From: Octopus vulgaris
Lineage: Eukaryota
Direction: 5' to 3'
Assembly: GCA_951406725.2 (NCBI GenBank)
Contig: OX597823.1
Location: 71,300,001 to 71,364,000 of the forward strand
Length of the DNA: 64,000 nt
Both the position numbers and the translations under genes were made by a program. The notes beneath the pieces are model-generated. The model saw only the letters and a list, made by a program, of their open reading frames with translations. It did no database searches and was not told where the DNA came from. Positions within the stretch are counted from its first letter, which is position 1. Every line of letters starts with the position of its first letter. Positions 36,623 to 49,797 of the stretch are shown one piece after another.

Positions 36623-37071
36623 AGAAAAGTGTTGAGTTTACTCCCTGTTGCTACTTGGAGTTTGAAAATGTACATTCAGCCATAGGAAATTTACAGTATT
36701 CGGCTAATTAATTTTCTATCATCATTTTCCTATATCAGTGGCAACGGATTTTGTTTTTAGCATGAGGTTGCCAATGAGTACATGCTACCGACACACTCCA
36801 GCAAGGGAGAAATGTACATATAGTATTTTCATGGCTGCTATTGGACGATTTACTCTTGCTGCTGATATATTTGTGTCATTAAACACTGTACGTCCATAAC
36901 AGATATTTCCGGATGAAATTTTTCATTTTACGTCCATAAGAAATATTTCCGGATAATTCTGGATTAAAATAAGAGATATTTCCGGATGCAGTTAATTTGC
37001 TTTTTCATGACGTACCGATATGAAGTATGATACACACATGGTCATACATACATACTTACATACATTATTAT

Positions 37072-37262
37072 AATGGCTGCTCCCTCGTTATCGAGTATGG
37101 CCATTGCACGAAGCTTAACTGTTACTGGTGCTGTGATCGAATGTGACTTTTTAGCCCAGCTAAAGATCTACAATGTCTTGTACAAAATTGGCAACTAAAA
37201 CCTTTACTGGTAATAGCCGGCTGTAGTTGTAACTGGGCTTCATGTACCTTTGCATGTCGTTT
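37072..37262 (-). mobile_element. RTE-like LINE 3' end with C-terminal zinc finger
   Basis: FSCQFCTRHCRSLAGLKSHIRSQH followed by a stop; the 3' UTR matches 14118-14166. Confidence 0.65.
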
Positions 37263-37266
37263 AAGT

Positions 37267-37388
37267 ACATGCATACATACATACATACATAAATACATAT
37301 ATACATACATACATACACACATACATACATGCACACACACACATACATACATACATACAAACATACATACATACATACATACATACAT

Positions 37389-37421
<33 letters not shown>

Positions 37422-37545
37422 TACATACACACACACATACATACACACATACATACATACATACATACATACATACATACATACATACATACATACATAC
37501 ATACATACATGCATACATATATACACACATACATACATACATATA
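37267..37545. repeat. (TACA)n microsatellite
   Basis: Seen directly. Confidence 0.95.
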
Positions 37546-37736
37546 TGCCTGCATGTATGTTTTTGTAGGTCTTTTATCTTTACCTTTTATGTGTTTCATT
37601 CAGTAGACTGTAGCCACACTGGACACTACTTATTGTATTGGTATTTGGCTGAACTGCTAGGTTACAGGGACGTAAACACACCAGCACCGCCTGTCAAGCG
37701 GCAGTGAGACAAACACAAGCACAAAGACACACACGC

Positions 37737-37800
<64 letters not shown>

Positions 37801-37882
37801 GAGAGAGAGAGAGAGAGAGCATATGTGTGTGTGCTTGTAAGTTGTTTTTTTTGCGTATGCGTGTATGTTTGTATGCTTCATT

Positions 37883-37916
37883 GTTGTCTAGTTAACATTT
37901 GTTTTGTCATAGTAAC
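37883..37916 (+). promoter_or_regulatory. Tandem X-box (RFX)-like motifs; candidate promoter
   Basis: GTTGTCTAGTTAAC (37883-37896) and TTTGTCATAGTAAC (37903-37916), followed by a donor-like CAG|GTATTT at 37947. Confidence 0.4.
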
Positions 37917-38796
37917 ATGGCTTAGACAGAAGTAAATTTGAGACAGGTATTTTTTTTTTGGCAGACAAATGTAGTTCCAGTGGCCAACACTTGTCTGTTT
38001 TTCAAGTGAGAGACTTTTTTCCAGAGGACTCAAAGTGCGCAGAGCTAGCAAACGAGTTATTGAGAGATGTCAACAAACTTTACAAGTAGCAGTCCGACCC
38101 CAGACGATGATGTTTATAGCTGAGCCACTATACACAACATCTAACCAAATACCTTTGTTAGAATAATAGCCCCACTTCTTCTCTTATACAAAAGCAATGA
38201 GTATTGATTTTGGTTTATTAGCAGTAGTATAGTTTCTAACTGTATTTGGAAAATGAAAAGTTCCAGATTTTCGCCAATATGAAATTATAATTCATGGAAA
38301 ATTCCCAAGGAAACTATGGACAAAGATAAGACAATACAATTTTTGAAGCCATTTGATTGTTCTGTAACTATCCAATATGTGATATATGTTATGAATCAAA
38401 GCAAAATCCAGACGATGGTAGACACTTGTGCTGCTATTGAAAATACTGTTGCGAGGAATTATCAATCGGAAAAGACGTTTGAAAAATGTTAAGTGAGATT
38501 AGAAGAAAGAATGGAGACGTAACTGCATGCATAGAAATTTGAATAATCTAAAAACATGAAACGGTAATGTGAATTAAGATGTGAAGCTATAGTTAATTGG
38601 CTTTGGTTAATATATGTGGTATTGTATGGGTAGCTGCTTACATGTCCACAAGAACCGGTTGGTTCGTTTATGGTTCTTAACATGGTGTCAGCTGTTATGT
38701 TGTTTTCGCCTTGTACACGAGTCAAGAACATATCCAGAGAGATTATCGTGTGTGTATTTGTGTGAGTATACACATACATACATACATACATACATT

Positions 38797-38844
<48 letters not shown>

Positions 38845-38852
38845 CATACAAG

Positions 38853-39082
38853 CATTCGAGCGTGGTCGATGCCAGTGTCAGCTGTCTGGCTCCCATACTG
38901 GTGGCATGTAAAAAGCACCCGCTACACTCTCAGAGTAGTTGGCATTAGGAAGGGCATCCAGTTGTATAAACCTTACCAAATCAGATTGAAGCCTGGTGCA
39001 GCCTCCTGGCTTGCCAGTTCTCAGTCAAACTGTGTTCAACCCATGCCAGCATGGAAAGCAGACGTCAAACAATGATGATGAT
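38853..39082 (+). mobile_element. SINE family C
   Basis: gttggcattaggaagggcatcc...catggaaagcagacgtcaaacaatgatgat. Confidence 0.8.
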
Positions 39083-39099
39083 GCATGCACAAATACGTA

Positions 39100-39470
39100 T
39101 AGTCTAAAACAGAGACAGTTGAAAGAGCAACAAACTAGGTGCATAAGTTTGACGCTCAGGGAAAATGGAAAAAGTCTTTGATGTTTCAAGCTTATGCTCT
39201 TCTAGGGAAAAAAACAGATGGCGAGAGAGAAAAAAAACAGCGAGAAAAAAAAAGCATGTTACATGTTGGATTGTGACCGCGTGTGTATTGTTGGCGATTT
39301 TCATTCTCCGTCTTCCCTCCTTTGGACATTTTCTATATTTCTGATGAAGAGCTCCGCTCGAAACATGAAATCCTTTTTCGTTTCTTTCCTTTCCTGAGCG
39401 TCCAATAACACTGTACTTATTCCACATCCTTGTGCTGTTGATTTTTCTTGCTTGTTCATGTTTGGATTGA

Positions 39471-39472
<2 letters not shown>
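39100..39472. mobile_element. Two related Penelope-type pLTR fragments in inverted orientation; hammerhead core at 39337-39371 (+)
   Basis: CTGATGA A GAGC-TCC-GCTC GAAAC; homology to 17158-17380; ends in (TA)n. Confidence 0.6.
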
Positions 39473-39511
<39 letters not shown>

Positions 39512-39600
39512 TACACACACACATATATAGCAATATAATAATATGAATATACACTTATGTGTACATGTACATTAATAAGTCACTGCCCTTCTGTATATAC

Positions 39601-39651
<51 letters not shown>

Positions 39652-40828
39652 TATATCATGCAGACATTCATGAGCAGATATTCAAACTAAATAACTGAAT
39701 ATCAATCTTATCATTATTTGGTGGGGCAGAAGGGAATCTACAAAATTCATGAGCACTGTAAGCCATGCTATTGGCTTATTAAAAACATAAAAACATACAA
39801 AAAGATGGATAGAAAAAAGAAATTGAAACACGAATTCTTTCTCACATAGTAAATTAATTTCAGAATTTAACTTGGAGTTTGTAATTATAAATTAAATGAC
39901 AGGTTATTTTATGTATGAGAAAGACTTCATAAAAGATTGACTGCTACAACTTTACTGCTCATCTTTTATTTATCAGACTATGTAAATTAGTGCTTGCCAA
40001 TCTATTATGGAAGTGGCAATTTCATTGAATTTATTGATATTATTTACGATTTGAAATAAACATTTACAAATTTATAGTTTTTGCATATAAGATATAAAAT
40101 ATATAATTTGTTATGCTTTGCTTAATTCTTAGGTGTCTTTATTTCAACATCCATCGTAATAAACATAAAAGAAGGTCGTAAATACAGTATTTATTTTACT
40201 GAAGCAGGATTTTTTATTTTTTTTGTACCAGAATGGCATAATTTCTATATCCGTGTTCTAGTGTATAAATTAAATATGTCATAAATTTTTTTCCACCAGG
40301 CCAAATTGTCCTCTTTATGGAGCAGGAACTAAATGATTCAATTTCATGTAACCATAACATATTTTTCTTGCTATTACAAACATTTATAACTACTAATGAT
40401 TTAGAAACTACTTCAGTTAAACTTTGTTAGAGTTTGCAACTTATTTTAAAACTTCTATAATAATATTGGGTGAACTAAACATTTATAGCAATAATAAATC
40501 TTTAAACGAGGTATAAACAGTAACTATACGACAATGTGAGGTATACTTGCCATCTCAATATAGCTAACCACTAAGGGTGGGTGTTACTGTAGCTTGTACG
40601 AGCTTGTACAAGCTACAGTAACACTCACCCTTAAACATTTATAATAATGGTTTAAGTGACTTATTTGGTGTTATATATTTACTATGAATCCTTGTAGAAA
40701 ACATTTAATTCCTTTTCTTTTTACCAACTTATGAGAGAAGGAGAACATCTGAAGAAATTCCTTGCTAGGAATACGGTATTTATTTCACTGAAGTAGGATT
40801 TTTTTTGGTACCAGCTCAGCTAATCCTT

Positions 40829-41040
40829 TATAATAATTAACTTATTGTATACAGAGCTCAGGTGAACTAAAACTCATCAGAAAACTCATAATGTACTGCA
40901 TGAACAGCACATAGAATATGCACAGGAAGTGAACAGTGACTAAGTCTTAAAAAAAAAAGAAAGAAAAGAAGAAGGAACAGGGGTTTGTAGGGCATCAAAT
41001 GTACTGTTGGCAAATCTCAGGAAGAATGGAAGTTTTGAAA
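40829..41040 (-). mobile_element. Old 5'-truncated CR1-type LINE 3' end
   Basis: tgtatacagagctcaggtgaac...aatctcaggaagaatggaagttttgaa matches the copy at 22611. Confidence 0.75.
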
Positions 41041-41273
41041 TAGTGTCATTTATTTAATGAAGATCTTGATATCACAAAGTTGAATGACTACACAAAAGTC
41101 AACATTCGATGTTTAACACATGACACCTAAATAATATATTTGTTCTGCATGAGTATTTAGATAAAATAAAACATTTTTCCTGCCTGATAGATTTTGATTT
41201 TTGTAAGGATTTGACAATAATTGTAAGGTGAACATTCATTCCTATAGATTTCTATAAAAGAACATTTCATATA

Positions 41274-41633
41274 TAGGCGCAGGAGTGGCTGTGTGGTAAG
41301 TAGATTGCTTACCAACCACATGGTTCCGGGTTCAGCCCCACTGCGTGGCACATTGGGCAAGTGTCTTCTACTATAGCCTTGGGCCGACCAAAGCCTTGTG
41401 AGTGGAGTTGGTAGATGGAAACTGAAAGAAGCCCGTGTGTGTGTTTGTCCCCCCAATATCTCTTGACAACCGATGCTGGTGTATTTATGTCCCCGTATCT
41501 TAGTGGTTCAGCAAAAGAGACTGATAGAATAAGTACTAGGCTTACAAAGAATAAGTCCTGGGGTCGATTTGCTCAATTAAAGGCAGTGCTCCAGCATGAC
41601 CACAGTCAAATGACTGAAACAAGTAAAAGAGTA
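41274..41633 (+). mobile_element. SINE family A
   Basis: Full head taggcgcaggagtggctgtgtggtaag, B-box-like ggttcagccc. Confidence 0.9.
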
Positions 41634-41839
41634 TACTATTAGATGAATATCTTCCCTGTGAGCCTTAATTGTCTCTCCTATATATAAAACATATATGGAT
41701 GGTAATTTATAAGTTATTCATTAAGCATTATAACTTATTGCATAACAAGACAAATAAGACAGACTCTATGTAGTAGTAATATCTTCTAAAGTTCATAACC
41801 AAATCACTTATATTTATTTTTACTGACTTCTATTTTGAT

Positions 41840-42075
41840 ATCATCATCCTCATCATCGTTTAACGTTTGCTTTCCATGCTAGCATGGGTTGAACGATTTG
41901 ACTGAGGTCTGGCGAACCAGATGGCTGCACCAGACTCCAATCTGATCTGGCAGAGTTTCTACAGCTGGATGCCCTTCCTAACGCCAACCACTCCGAGAGT
42001 GTAGTGGGTGCCTTTATGTGCCACCGGCACGAGGGCCAGTCAGACAGTACTGGCAGTGGCCATGCTCAAGTGGTG
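41840..42075 (-). mobile_element. SINE family C
   Basis: Homologous to the copy at 13201. Confidence 0.85.
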
Positions 42076-42469
42076 CTGTCATGAATAATGTTTAAACATA
42101 ACAGATTAAAACTATAAATATTACATATTTAGTATGTAAACCAGTATTAGCATAGCTAGAAGGGGCAGAGGGGGCAGTACCTCTTTTAGGGCTGCTGTAG
42201 GCAATATGTACTTTGGTGGGGTGATGCAAGCCGAAGGACCGCCGTGGGCAGCACATACTCTAACTATGCTGATGAAAACCGGCTATATCCAGTCAAAATA
42301 TTCTGCAAGTTTAATGTTCAAAGCAGTCAGATCCAGCTTCTCTCACCTACCTTACAATGTAATTCTAAAAATAAGCAATCACATTATCAAAATCTTGAAG
42401 CTACAAGATAATGCACAATTGATTCAAAACAATGTGAATAAACGTATATGAATTTGTTTTGCAAGATTC

Positions 42470-42810
42470 CTGATGTGAAATCATGTGTTGAAACAAATAT
42501 AGTTACACTTGGAGATGGTCTTTTTCTTTTTTGCGAAATAAACACGCACGTTACATCAGCTTTATTATTGTTCTTATTTTAGTGTCTGAAATGTTTCGTC
42601 CATTCTCTGGACAGGAAGAGCCACGTGGGATGGAGAGTTACTGAAGAGGTCACAAGATGTGTGGTAAAAGATTTCAGACAAAGGACACTAATATAAGAAC
42701 AATGATAAAGCTCATGTGAATAACAAATATTTAGTGCATATATTTATTTGGCAAAAAAACAGAAAAAATACAAAAAAAAAGGACCATCCTGAAATATAAC
42801 AAAATGTGAA
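42470..42810. mobile_element. Inverted pLTR-like pair with a decayed hammerhead core (~42640-42680, +)
   Basis: agctttattattgttcttattttagtgtctgaaat pairs with atttcagac...acactaatataagaacaatgataaagct; CTGAAGA-GGTCACA..TGTGGT-AAAA. Confidence 0.5.
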
Positions 42811-43216
42811 TAACTAAAATTTACATTTGACAAGCCTAATCTGAATGCCAAATATTATTCAATATAGAAAATAAATGATTGCTAATGTAGTATAAACATT
42901 GTAAATTTAATGCATGAAATTCAATATATGATTTCCTAAATAGCAGATATGTTCATGTTGCAGGTACAATTTTTTTTCATAGAATTCAGCCTTATTGATA
43001 AAGTAGTAAAGTGTGCAGTTTGTATTTCTCTTTGTGTGCTCTTAATAGCAAGCAAATGACAATGGCAAAGGAAAAAAAATTTTAATGTCAAAAAGTGTAT
43101 TAAAAAATTGGCATTTTTCTGTATTATTGGAGACTGAATTAATGGAACTTTTACTTGAGTTGCCGAACCAAAATGATGTTAATATCTAATGGTTATTTAC
43201 ATATTTCTCTTTGCAG

Positions 43217-43260
43217 CTGTTGGCCATCCCCATTCTGGCCTCAGTAAGACGCCATCAAAG
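43217..43260 (+). other. Probable exon (5' UTR or coding) of the dynein-like gene
   Basis: tttctctttgcag| 44 nt |gtagga; stop-free in the frame of the next exon. Confidence 0.45.
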
Positions 43261-43308
43261 GTAGGAGTACATTTCTTTGTATTTTGTATACACACACACA
43301 CACACACA

Positions 43309-43369
43309 CCATCATCATCATCATCATCATCACCACCACCACCACCACCACCACCACCATCATCATCAC

Positions 43370-43425
<56 letters not shown>

Positions 43426-43447
43426 CCATCACCATCACCACCATCAC

Positions 43448-43496
<49 letters not shown>
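43309..43496. repeat. (CAT)n/(CAC)n microsatellite, probably the expanded tail of a minus-strand family C SINE
   Basis: Directly abuts 'ttccatgctgg', the SINE C 3' end. Confidence 0.85.
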
Positions 43497-43940
43497 TATT
43501 TTCCATGCTGGTACAAGTAAGACAGTTTGACTGGAACTGGTAAACTGGAGACCAGGTTCCAGTCATCTGTTTTGGCTTGGTTTCTATGGCTTGATAGCCT
43601 TTCTAATGCCAACCTTTTTACAGAGTGTACTGGTTGTATTTTACATATCACTGACCTGGCTGCCTTTTATGCGGCACCAGAACTGGCAATGACCATGATT
43701 CACTTAGCTTGAAGTGCCTTCTCAAACACAGCAAACCACCAGAAGTCTCAGTCATTTGTCATTGCTGCTGCGAGACTCAACAACCAAAAAACCATATTTC
43801 ACCACCTCATCCCAGATCTTACTGGGCCTACTCCTTCTATAGGTTCCCTCCACAAGAAGGACTTCTAGCTCCAGGTCAATCAAAGCCTTGTCAGTAGATT
43901 TGGTAGACGGAAACCGAAAGAAGCCCGTTTTATATATATA

Positions 43941-44312
43941 CTAGCAGTATCGCCCGGCGTTGCTCGGGTTTGTAAGGGACATAACTATAAAGCATTTTTA
44001 GAGAGTTATAGCCAAAAACTGGAAAAAAAAATGATGGTAAATTTTTTTTTAGTTAAAAAGGTCAAGTTGCGTCCCCTAGACGGTCTGTGGTTTGTGTTTC
44101 TGATTTTCGACCACATGTCGAATTTATCGATTTTTTTCAGAACTGGGGGAACTTTTCAAAATTTTCGCTGCGTTAATTTTGAATTATGACATTGGGCTAT
44201 GTGTGTGTCAAGTTTCATCAGAATCAGTTGAAAGCCGTGGTCAGGGTGAGGGTACAACCTGACAGACACACAGAAACACACACAGACAAACTGCCGTTTA
44301 TATAGAGAGAGA
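43941..44312 (-). mobile_element. Non-autonomous Helitron with a shared 3' end and a different body
   Basis: CTAG end and hairpin identical to the 5882 family; TC start at 44312. Confidence 0.85.
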
Positions 44313-44389
44313 TATTTAAAATTCTTTTTTCAGAATGAGATAAATAAAAACAAGGCTGTGAAAATTTTAGAACATTTATAAATTGAATG

Positions 44390-44435
44390 TCTTACAACTG
44401 TTTCCAGGATATTTATTATATCCCTTCATCAGAGA
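44390..44435 (-). ncRNA. Type I minimal hammerhead ribozyme
   Basis: UCU CUGAUGA A GGGAUAU-AAUAA-AUAUCCU G GAAA CAGUUG UA AGA. Confidence 0.7.
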
Positions 44436-44774
44436 TGGTGTGAGAAAGAAGTCAGCACTTTTTTATGCAGCTGTCCTCATACATACACATCATATGACCA
44501 TGCCAGCACACTACATCTGATGCCAATTACACCCAATTCTTCTCTTGAAACACTTACACCCTGTTGCACATGCACACTGGCTTTGCACATCCAGCGGAGA
44601 ATGCTGGCTTCATTTCTTTCAAGTCTTTGCATGTCCTCTGCAACCACAGCCCATGTTTCACTGCCATGTAGCAGGGCAATTCATACACAGGCATCATTTA
44701 ATGAAGTCTATTTTCTGTACATTCCTAGATTTTATTGCCACACACAAAATCTGCTTGATATATATATACACACG

Positions 44775-44805
<31 letters not shown>

Positions 44806-45340
44806 ACATCCCTATACATCCCTTCTCTAACATCACAGCATTTACAACTGAGTAGTGTGTAATGTTCCCTGTGTGAGAAATCTTGCTTATAGGAATGTAG
44901 CCAAACATAATTAACTACAGAAGTGCAAAGAATGCCATTTTCCAAATTTCATGAATGAAAGAAGTTGTGAAAGAAATGTTAATGACCAGTAAATGGGTTG
45001 TGGTTTTTGATTATGTTGTCACAAGGGAGAGACAGAATAACTGAACGTAGAAAATGTATTGTCCTACCAGATGCCTTTGAACCATGCAGCATTTCGAGAG
45101 AGTATCAGGAAGCTGGAAAATGTATTGTATTACTCAGCATAGATTAGTTGTAATCGGCTTCAGACTTAGAGCTAGAAGGACTCAAGAGAATAAAACTAAT
45201 CTGGCAAAGGAGGATATGGAAGCTTTAAGATGCTTTGAACAGCCAGAGATTTAGAGACATTTTAATTGAGGTAATTGCCAAGGAGGGTGGGTGATAGAGA
45301 AGTATAACACACACAGCAATTGGAAGTTCTTTCAGAATAA

Positions 45341-45733
45341 TGGAGTGGCTGTGTGGTAAGTAGCTTGTTTACCAACCACAGGGTTCCGGGTTCAGTCCCA
45401 CTGCGTGGCACTTGGGCAAGTGTCTTCTACTATAGCTTCGGGCCGACCAAAGCCTTGTGAGTGGATTTGGTAGACGGAAACTGAAAGAAGCCCGTCGTAT
45501 ATATGTATATATATATATGCATGTGTGTGTTTGTGTGTCTGTGTGTGTTTGTGTGTCTGTGTTTGTCCCCCACAGTGTCACTTGACAGCCGATGCTGGTG
45601 TGTTTATGTCCCTGTTACTTAGCGATTCGGCAAAAGAGACCGATAGAATAAGTACTGGGCTTACAAAGGAATAAGTCATGGGGTCGAGTTGCTCAATTAA
45701 AGGCGGTGCTCCAGCACGGCCGCAATCAAATGA
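45341..45733 (+). mobile_element. SINE family A
   Basis: High similarity to the copy at 41274. Confidence 0.9.
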
Positions 45734-45782
45734 GTAAATTGAGAGGACTGCAGGCCAAATTTGTGACTAGTGCAAACTAAAC

Positions 45783-46092
45783 CAGTGGTTTTCAACCAAG
45801 GTCAGTATGAAGGTCCACTCAAGCAGAATAGTAAATTTGGTAACCACAGTAGTATTTTAAGTGTCCATGAAAAAAATATTGCTTTAGCTATATTTATTGC
45901 AGGAAACAGCAAAATTTCTTTCTCTAATATTTTACATTGGTCAACTTAAATAAATTAATGGGTGAACAGCAAAATAGGAATTTTGAAAATATCTATAAAA
46001 CTAGTCTTTAAACATTGAATGGCAATGAGGATCCACCAGAGCAAAATAGTAATCAAAAGGGTCCATAAGTAAAAAATGGTGGAGAACCACTG
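45783..46092. mobile_element. hAT (Charlie-like) MITE
   Basis: TIRs CAGTGGTTTTCAACC / GGTGGAGAACCACTG; related degenerate copy near 30090-30337. Confidence 0.7.
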
Positions 46093-46094
46093 AG

Positions 46095-46795
46095 TGAGAC
46101 AAAGACAAGGAATGGTGGTGAAACAGGAAAGGAGACAGAGCCATTAAAGAGAAGATGGAAGCTTGAAATGAGGGGAAGAATGGAGGCACTTAGAGAACTA
46201 AACCAGGTAGTTGGAAGAGAAGCTAGGAAAGAGGTGTATTTAGAAAGTGGAGAAACAGAAATGACCAGAGGCATTGAGTGTTTCAGATTGCAAATCAGTG
46301 TAACAGAGAAAATCAGGATGTTGTGGGAGAGAATTGTGTCCTGAAGGATAATAGTAGATTTGCACTTAGCAATTCTGATAAGGAGGCATGGAAGTGTCAT
46401 TATGTTAGGCAAGTAAATAGTGTGTATGAGAAGGGAAGAAAGAGATTCTTCCTAAAGTGAACCTGACTGAGGGGCCAGCCATTCTAGTTGGCAGCAGTGT
46501 GATAGAGAAAGCAATAAAGGATGTGAAAATAGGGAAAGCCCCTGGTCTATCAGGAATTACTACAGAGATGCTTAAAATATCTGGCAGTATAGGACATGAC
46601 TTAGTCACCTGTATAAAGTTGTACAGGAAGTAATTATACTCAAAGACTGGTGTAGTAACATCAAAGCCAAATGTTTCCAGGTTAAAAGAGATGCCTCAGA
46701 GAGAAGTAATCACAGAAATATCAAATTACTGGACCAGATCATCAAAGTTACTGAATCAGTTGTAGCTCAATAAATTAGCGAGCTTAAATTAGATG
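46095..46795 (+). mobile_element. Decayed RTE LINE internal fragment
   Basis: GKAPGLSGITTEMLK, KDWCSNI and DASERSNHRNIKLL remnants. Confidence 0.7.
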
Positions 46796-47070
46796 CAGTT
46801 CCGAATATTTACTTGTATACCAATGTAAAACAATTCTTTATATCACAGTCTAAAATTAAGTCTTTCATTTTGTAATCTACTCCATATCATGGTCGAAATT
46901 TCAGTTAATAGAATAATTGTAATTCAATCAATATTAACAAATCAGTTACTAAGACGTCCTACATCTATAATTTGTTTCTGTAGGCAACAGATAACATTCT
47001 GAATACATAAGTATTATCTGCTTCTGAGAAGATTTGTATTCTGATTTCATTTCAGCTCCTCCGGAAAAAC

Positions 47071-47145
47071 ATGCTAATGCTAGAAGAAGCCAAGAAGGAG
47101 TTAGAAAAACAGCTGCAAGCAGTTAAAGAAGAAAGAAAAATAGCT
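47071..47145 (+). CDS. Probable first coding part of an axonemal dynein heavy chain-like gene (DNAH5/DNAH8 type); exon 47056-47145
   Basis: tttcatttcag| 90-nt exon |gtaagt; AAAC-ATG context; MLMLEEAKKELEKQLQAVKEERKIA. The product name rests on recalled similarity only. Confidence 0.55.
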
Positions 47146-47364
47146 GTAAGTTTACTTCCTTTGCCTGTAGTTATTTTTGTGCATGCTATTTCGTTACATT
47201 CTGAGTTGAAATTCCACTGGCATCATCTTTGCTTTTCATCCTTAATTGAACTTGTTACCAGTTTAGTATTGGAGCCAATGTCATTGGCTAATTCCTCCCT
47301 TCAAAATTACAGGCCTTTTTCTGAAATTAAAATCAGATCTTTATTTCAAAGTAACTATAATATT

Positions 47365-47410
<46 letters not shown>

Positions 47411-47416
47411 TTATAT

Positions 47417-47697
47417 GTAGGCACAGGCGTGTCTGTGTGGTAAGAAATTTGCTTCACAACCATATGATTCCCGATTCAGTCCTGCTGTGTAGCAACTTGG
47501 GCAAGTGTCTTCTACTATAGCCATGGGCTGACTAAAACCTTGTGAGTGGATTTAGTTGATGGAAACTGAAAAGAAACCCATCATGTATATGTGTGTGTGC
47601 ATGTGTGTGTGTGTGTCTTTGTTTGTCCCCCACTACGACTTGACAACCAGTGTTGGTTAGTTTACGTCCTCATAACTTAGCAGTTTGGCAAAAGAAC
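47417..47697 (+). mobile_element. SINE family A (3'-truncated)
   Basis: Homologous to the other family A copies. Confidence 0.8.
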
Positions 47698-47699
47698 CA

Positions 47700-49440
47700 T
47701 ATGCCATATATCATACCAGCTGAGACTTCTTTGGTGTTCGATTTCTCATTTCATGCATTGGATTGCCTTCTGGATTTTCTTGGTATCCTCTTACCCTGCA
47801 TTTCCTGTATTACCATGTCTTTCTTTGATTTTCTTTTGCCCTTGACTACCACACCATTGAACTTAGTCTCTGCCTATTGGTTTACATGTATCCTGTTATT
47901 TCCTTAAACTTGAGCTTCTCCTTTACTGCAGCCAGCACCTCTTGAACTCTTGATTTTCTGCCTGCTTGTCTTGTTTCTGGAGAGCAACATCAGTCAGGCC
48001 AATTGGTCACCAAGTCATTTCTTTGTGCAGTTATTAATCTTGGTTTCAACTGTTCCCACTGTGCTAGTGCTGATATCATATATTTGCAAAATCCAGAGAA
48101 ACTTTAGTATCAGCTTGACCTGCAGGCACCAGACTTTGTATTAACAAGACAGTCTTGCAAGCTTCCCTCTGCCATTTCCTTGGCTTCAATTTCATTTTTC
48201 ATGTCATTCAAGTTATCATACCACCTTCCAAAGTGCTTCAGTGTTGGAAAGGGTTGTTTGACTTCAGTGAATGAGACCTTATCAAATACTAACCCCATCC
48301 ATAGTGAGAAGCTCCACAACATTTTAAGCTTGATGCTTGTTCTAGATGAACTGACTACCGTATCAAACTGCTTCAGTAGCCTATGTTCTAGTCTTCCCTT
48401 GTACTGTAATGTTATAATGTTATCCATAAAGACTCTTGCAGGAGGCATTCAGTATCCTCTTCCAAGGTCTGCTAGACATAGACTACTCATTACTGCCTTC
48501 AAGATATTCAGTACAAGCAATACTGGAGAAATAGCACAGCCCATTGCTATACCAACTTCCTGATTGATTCAGTCTATTGTAAAATCGTTTGTGGAGAATC
48601 ATATCAAAAAGCTATGAAAGTGCTTTTTTGATATTATTTGTATGTTCTTTGGGATATGATACATCTCAAGAGCCAGTTGGATCATTTTGTGTGTGAGTGA
48701 TCCAAATGTATTTACCAGATCAAGGTGTATGACATTGAAGTCCCTCTTCTCTGCTCTAATGCTTTGGATTGCTTATTCAAATCATTGAGATATGCTCTTT
48801 GCATCCAGACACTCCTGGGATGCCTTCTCTCAGGACTGACAAATCTAAGCACTTATTACCAGTGGTGTATTTCATTAACCTTGTAGCTATAACAAGATTT
48901 TTCCCTCTTCACATTCAAAAGTGATATTGGCTTTAGCTAACAGATGTTTCATGAGTTCTGTTCTTTTGGAATATACACTCTGTCAGCTATCATCCACTGG
49001 TTACTGATCTTTTGGTTCTGCCATGCTTGCCTTAACAATTATTGAAGCTACACAAGAATACTGGGACATATTTTCAACAACAGATAGAAAATCCTGTTCA
49101 GCCAAGGTGAAGATTTGATTCTGACATCCTAAACTACTTTCTTTATTGATGGTTTGTCACTGAATATTTCTTCTGGTATTGCTGGCTACACCAGGCCCTG
49201 GATCTTGCAAAGAGTATCAGAATAAGTTCCCTTGTGATGTTTAAGAGTTTCATTATTCATTGTGAATGTCACAGACTTTGGCTGTTTGAATAATATCTTG
49301 GCACTCTGAAAGTAATCTCTGAAGAAATGATCTTGTATTTTCTTTTTACTCTTCTTCCTTCTGATATTTTACTTTGTCGATGGTACTGTTTTAGATTTTT
49401 CCAGAGATTTTCCTGCCTCTGAATCACAAAATCTGAGGCA
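47700..49440 (-). mobile_element. Decayed HERO-like (R2-group) non-LTR element, RT region
   Basis: EVGIAMGCAISPVLL, PPARVFMDNI and KHFGRWYD..L.D remnants. Confidence 0.6.
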
Positions 49441-49797
49441 TTCTTCATGTATGTATATATTGGACCATCCTCATGCCTCAATAATTCCCTCTCTCTAATG
49501 CATCTCCTCTACCTTCTTTACCCATCTCTTCTGCTAGTCATCACATTTTCCCTACCCTCACAGCCACTTCTATGGCCATCTATCACCCACAGTTACCTCT
49601 GTCCACATCTGCTGTTCCAGTCACTGTACCTGACCCCACCAGAAAAGAATTACATCATACTTGTGTTCCTTTCTTCCACCCAACCATCTTGGTTCTTCTG
49701 ATGTCATTGCTCTCTCTTCCTCTCCCTGTCTTCTAATTCCAACCTTGGTCATCTGAGCAAATGTACACCTTCTAGATTATTGACTACTTTTTACACA

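Noticed and set aside
36889-36988. Three short repeats (gatatttccggat) resembling a CRISPR-like array
   Set aside because: Irregular spacing, spacers partly repeated, eukaryotic context and no cas genes; most likely subterminal repeats of a transposon.
43189-43543. Poly-His, poly-Ser, poly-Met and poly-Ile ORFs
   Set aside because: (CAT)n/(CAC)n tract at a SINE tail, downstream of the splice donor at 43261.
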